A stretch of 50,792 nt of DNA from a virus (taxonomy: Duplodnaviria > Caudoviricetes). A program made the translations under genes and the position numbers. The notes below the pieces were generated by a model. That model did no database searches, had not been told where the DNA came from, and was given only the letters and a program-made list of their open reading frames with translations. Location of the stretch: IMG/VR virus record IMGVR_UViG_3300015366_000230, positions 1 to 50,792 of that record. One strand, written 5' to 3'. How positions within the stretch are numbered: the first letter of the stretch is position 1; each line of letters begins with the position of its first letter. Shown one piece after another: positions 47,177-50,792 of the stretch.

Positions 47177-48456
47177 AGCATTAAATTGGCTCGGTTAGAT
47201 TCTGAAATTGGCATGGGTTCATTTGACAAAATACCATGCTCGTTAATAAAGGTAAACTCAAACCCGGGAAAGTTGCTTTCATTTAAGCCATGCAGCTGAT
47301 GATGCTCTCCCCAAAATCCTTTAGGTTCATTCCAAGGAACAGAAATCAATAATTGTTTGCAATGATTTTTGAGTTTTTCAACTATTTCTAACCCATTATC
47401 TAAATGCTCAATGACTTCAAAAGCAACAATCGCATCGTATTGGTCAAGTTCATAAGTATTAATGTCCGCCCATTCAAAAGCAGCATTTGGTCGCCAATCT
47501 TGATCTTTAGCTACTTCTACAATAATTGGATCGTAATCTAGCCCTAGATAGTTGGCATTGTCAGAAAAGAAATTGCAGCCATATCCAGTAGAGCAGCCAA
47601 TTTCTAAAATGCTTAACCCAGCAAAGTTTTTTCTAGCCCAGTTGTATCTTTGGGTTTCTCTAGGAAAAATAGTGTCACCTTTTAAAAACACTGCTCGCTC
47701 ATAATTATTGGATAGCAAGAATCGGTAGTAGTCTGGATTGTATTTTTTAGCCAATCTTAAAGAATTGGATTTAAAAGTGGCATCCCAATCTGGGACTAAA
47801 TTGACATCATGGACTGTACCTTCCCCTTGATGGTAAATTGGAAATCCGCCAGTAAAGTTATTACCTGTCCATTGTTTATCAAATACCTCTAAAACCTTAA
47901 AACCTGCTTTTTCAGCTTCAATACAAAACTCGGTATCTTCACCACCGCCTACTCCATATTCCTCATTAAGTAAGCCAATGGCATCAAATACTTTGCGATC
48001 AATCATTACACAGAAAAATACCGCAAAGTCCTTACCTGCGGGTGGAGAAAAGATTTTAATAATGCAAGAGATACCGCAATCAGGATTGGCAAAAGGTTGA
48101 TTCAATATCTCTAACCACTGATTTTTGCTTTGTTCTAGCAAAACAGTATCATTGTTTAACAAAATGATTTTGTCAGTTGTAGCCAGTTTAATGCCACTAT
48201 TACAGGCTTTTGAGTAACCTAATGGAATACTGTAAAACAAATAGTTAAAGTGTTTTGGCAATCCGAGATTGATGTATTTAGCTTCTAAATATCTAAGGTA
48301 GGCTAGGGTTTCATCGTTGCAGCCATTGGCAATAATGATAAGTTCAATGTCCTCAATATTGGTGTATTTAAAAATACTATCAATACAAGGTTTTAATAAA
48401 TCATCGCAATGATTATAAGTCGGTATAACTACCGAATACTTGGGGGATTGCATCAC
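47155..48456 (-). CDS. GT2 glycosyltransferase fused to a class I SAM methyltransferase
   Basis: SVVIPTYN, LLNND, G.LNE.Y...EDTEF; ILEIGCSTGYG, FEVIEH. Confidence 0.85.
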   Translation of the reverse strand: MMQSPKYSVVIPTYNHCDDLLKPCIDSIFKYTNIEDIELIIIANGCNDETLAYLRYLEAKYINLGLPKHFNYLFYSIPLGYSKACNSGIKLATTDKIILLNNDTVLLEQSKNQWLEILNQPFANPDCGISCIIKIFSPPAGKDFAVFFCVMIDRKVFDAIGLLNEEYGVGGGEDTEFCIEAEKAGFKVLEVFDKQWTGNNFTGGFPIYHQGEGTVHDVNLVPDWDATFKSNSLRLAKKYNPDYYRFLLSNNYERAVFLKGDTIFPRETQRYNWARKNFAGLSILEIGCSTGYGCNFFSDNANYLGLDYDPIIVEVAKDQDWRPNAAFEWADINTYELDQYDAIVAFEVIEHLDNGLEIVEKLKNHCKQLLISVPWNEPKGFWGEHHQLHGLNESNFPGFEFTFINEHGILSNEPMPISESNRANLMLCKYSAP

Positions 48457-48470
48457 TAATCCTTAAAAAG

Positions 48471-49382
48471 TTAAGCTGTGTAAGTGCCAGAAGTAGTAAA
48501 GGTATGGATTGTGTTGCCACCGCTAAAAGTTACAGTACCACCAGTTCCTTTTTGTGCGCCAGCATAAGAAATAATGACTATTCCAGAACCACCACTAGCG
48601 CTTCCGCCTCCGCCTCCGCCAGTATTAGCAGTAGCGCTTGAACCTCCGTTACCTCCGCCACCAGCACCACCAGAACCAGCGCCAGCGCCACTTACGGTAG
48701 AAGCACCACCACCACCGCCAGAATAAGATGTGGCTGTTCCTGAAATTGTAGAAGAAGTACCAGCGCCACCGTTTCCTGAAGCGCCAGTTCCCCCATTTGC
48801 ACCGACAGCAGCAGAACCTCCGCCTCCGCCAGCGCCATAGTTAGCACTTCCTGTGCTTGTACCACCTGCGTTTCCTTGCCCTGCAGTTCCAGCGCCACCA
48901 GACCTAGCAGTAAAATCCTGTCCACCACCACCGCCACCTGAACCGCCAGAAGTTCCATTTGAACCAGGGCTACCAACACCACCATATCCACCGCCAATGG
49001 CTGTTTGTGTAAATCCTGTTGAATTGTTGCCAGCAGCGCCAGCGCCCCCTCCAGCACCTACAGTAATCGTATAAGCAGTTGTAGGGGTAATTGAAGCAGT
49101 AGAAATAATTAAACCGCCAGCACCTCCACCTCCTGAAGAACCACTATTACCACCCCCACCACCTCCAGCAGCAATTAAATAATTTACTGAATAAGTAGTT
49201 AATGTGATTTGTTGCCAACTACCATTAGCATAAATTTCTACATAATTTAATGTAGTATTAAATCTTGTTGAACCAGTAGTAGGACTAGACGGTCTTTGTG
49301 CTGTAGTTCCTATTGGCAAATCTAAACTTTGCGTTGTAGTACTAGCATCAATGCCAGTAGAACCATTAATAATAACCGTCAT
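48471..49382 (-). CDS. glycine-rich tail-fibre-type protein
   Basis: LP.GTTAQRP...G..RFNT module plus Gly-rich domain ending IHTFTTSG. Confidence 0.7.
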   Translation of the reverse strand: MTVIINGSTGIDASTTTQSLDLPIGTTAQRPSSPTTGSTRFNTTLNYVEIYANGSWQQITLTTYSVNYLIAAGGGGGGNSGSSGGGGAGGLIISTASITPTTAYTITVGAGGGAGAAGNNSTGFTQTAIGGGYGGVGSPGSNGTSGGSGGGGGGQDFTARSGGAGTAGQGNAGGTSTGSANYGAGGGGGSAAVGANGGTGASGNGGAGTSSTISGTATSYSGGGGGASTVSGAGAGSGGAGGGGNGGSSATANTGGGGGGSASGGSGIVIISYAGAQKGTGGTVTFSGGNTIHTFTTSGTYTA

Positions 49383-49391
49383 AATTTATCC

Positions 49392-49748
49392 TTAAACTAC
49401 TAGGTGAGGCATTGCACATAATGGATCATGCTTACCTTCGTATATTTCAATAACTTCACCATCTAAATCACGCAAAGCAAATACGCAATACCAATTAGTA
49501 TTGTCCTCTAGCGCAGTAAAACGGTGTTTGTGTTCTTTGCGAATAACAATGAAAGTTGGTGCAGTAAACTCTTTTGATGGATAGCCCTCTACTTCTACAA
49601 GGACTTTTCCAGTTGTCAAAAGGCTTACATGGTCAAACTTATGGGTGTGGTTTTCTACGCCATCACCTGCTTTGTTCATAAGGTTTTGACGAACCCATAT
49701 GTTTCCAAAAAAGCCAAGTTCACCAGTTTCTACTGCATGATCTGTCAT
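49392..49748 (-). CDS. cupin-fold protein (likely start 49748)
   Basis: H.H.FDH...G, F.AP..I.I....H.F.ALE. Confidence 0.65.
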   Translation of the reverse strand: MTDHAVETGELGFFGNIWVRQNLMNKAGDGVENHTHKFDHVSLLTTGKVLVEVEGYPSKEFTAPTFIVIRKEHKHRFTALEDNTNWYCVFALRDLDGEVIEIYEGKHDPLCAMPHLVV

Positions 49749-50119
49749 GGTAATGTTTCTACTGGTGTTGTTGTAGGTAATGCTGCCCAAGCCAATGTTG
49801 GCTCATCCCAACGGTATTCTTTTCCGTCTGTTGGCATAGCTACAGGTGCTTCCCATGTCCATGTAGATTGGTTTAATACCCAGCTTCCGTATGGTTGTGG
49901 TGCGTAGAAAACATCATTAGCTTGGTCGTATGTATAACCAATACCAGCATAGTTACCACGCAAAGGTGTACCGCCTAATGTGTGTGTATTAGCAATAGTG
50001 TTATAGCTAGTTTGAATCCATTGACCCGGAGAAGAATCTACGAAGGTCTTAAAAAAATCAAGTTCGGCAACAATGACTTGTTCTACCTTACCATTTACTA
50101 CTTTTGCAAAATGTCCCAT
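49745..50119 (-). CDS. fibre-associated small protein (HFA...W.QTSYN...R.NYAG.G..YD)
   Basis: GGAG RBS; follows the Gly-rich fibre gene; W.APV.MP...Y.WDE....W. Confidence 0.7.
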   Translation of the reverse strand: MGHFAKVVNGKVEQVIVAELDFFKTFVDSSPGQWIQTSYNTIANTHTLGGTPLRGNYAGIGYTYDQANDVFYAPQPYGSWVLNQSTWTWEAPVAMPTDGKEYRWDEPTLAWAALPTTTPVETLP

Positions 50120-50131
50120 TTAATGCTCCTT

Positions 50132-50745
50132 TTAACCTGTAAATGTACCGCTAGAAGTAAAAGTATGTACTGTATATCCTCCTGAAGAAGTTACAGTTCC
50201 ACCAGTGCCTTTTTGTGCGCCCAAATACCAAATAACAATAGTTCCTGAACCACCGCCATAACTAGATGGGCTAAATCCACCAGCACCACCTCCTCCACCA
50301 CCTGTGTTAACCGAACCAGCAGAACCTCCAGAAGTATTTTGACCAGTTCCACCACCTCCAGAACCGCCTCCACCACGACCTGATTTTTGGTTTCCGCCTC
50401 CGCCACCACCGCCAGCGTAATATGGATTATTAGCGCCTATAGTAAATTGAAGGCCAACGCCACCATTCCTATCTCCTGTAGCAGCCCCAGCACCACCACC
50501 ACCACCACCTACTTGGTTGTTTGTGCCACCGTTAGTTCCACCACCACCATTATTACCTTGGCCAGAAGTTCCACCACCTCCACCTCCAGCAAATGCTCCA
50601 CCACCTCCAGAGCCACCAGTATTTCCGCTATTAGTTTGTGCATTTCCACCGCCACCTCCACCAACAGCAGTAGTAAATCCTGTTACCGATGAATTAGAGC
50701 CGTTGCCATTACCACCTGAACCACCACCACCAATGGTTACGGTAT
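50132..50745 (-). CDS. 3' part of a glycine-rich fibre-type protein (5' truncated)
   Basis: open frame TVTIGGGG...GTGGTVTSSGGYTVHTFTSSGTFTG*. Confidence 0.75.
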
Positions 50746-50792
50746 CTGTCTCTTATACACATCTCCGAGCCCACGAGACGCTACGCTATCTC
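50746..50792 (+). other. Illumina Nextera adapter + i7 index (artefact)
   Basis: CTGTCTCTTATACACATCTCCGAGCCCACGAGAC-GCTACGCT-ATCTC. Confidence 0.97.

Noticed and set aside
48471-50745. diversity-generating retroelement among the Gly-rich paralogues
   Set aside because: No reverse transcriptase; differences are not adenine-specific
50746-50764. Tn5 mosaic end suggesting a transposon
   Set aside because: Followed by the Nextera primer, an 8-nt index and the start of P7; library artefact

Overview
The window is an almost complete, circularly permuted ~50.7 kb contractile-tailed (myovirus-type) phage genome. Its head/tail module resembles that of Bcep781-like betaproteobacterial phages; this assignment is inferred from gene order and domain motifs. 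Minus strand 1-26099 holds terminases, portal, MuF-like protein, a multidomain prohead protease, scaffold, capsid, neck, sheath/tube, a frameshifting chaperone, tape measure, baseplate and fibres. 26100-30100 is a compositionally distinct island with a dif-like site, iteron-like repeats and small early genes. 30250-38816 holds primase-helicase, PolA (Leu762 type), SSB, Cas4-like exonuclease, VRR-NUC and SNF2 helicase. 38800-42000 holds small accessory genes. 42000-42500 is a non-coding array of palindromes and repeats. 42500-50745 (minus) holds Gly-rich fibre proteins, three glycosyltransferase genes, a lysis cassette, TraR/DksA, a metallophosphoesterase and an Ntn-hydrolase. The two contig ends lie inside what appears to be one gene, and the last 47 nt are Nextera adapter. 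I recognised no integrase, repressor, tRNA or CRISPR. Top leads: a possible virion glycosylation system acting on a (Ser-Gly-X)n fibre, an operator-like decoy array, a dif site in an integrase-less phage, a cargo-bearing head polyprotein, and a kissing-loop RNA after the capsid gene. All domain calls come from motif recognition by eye, not database searches.
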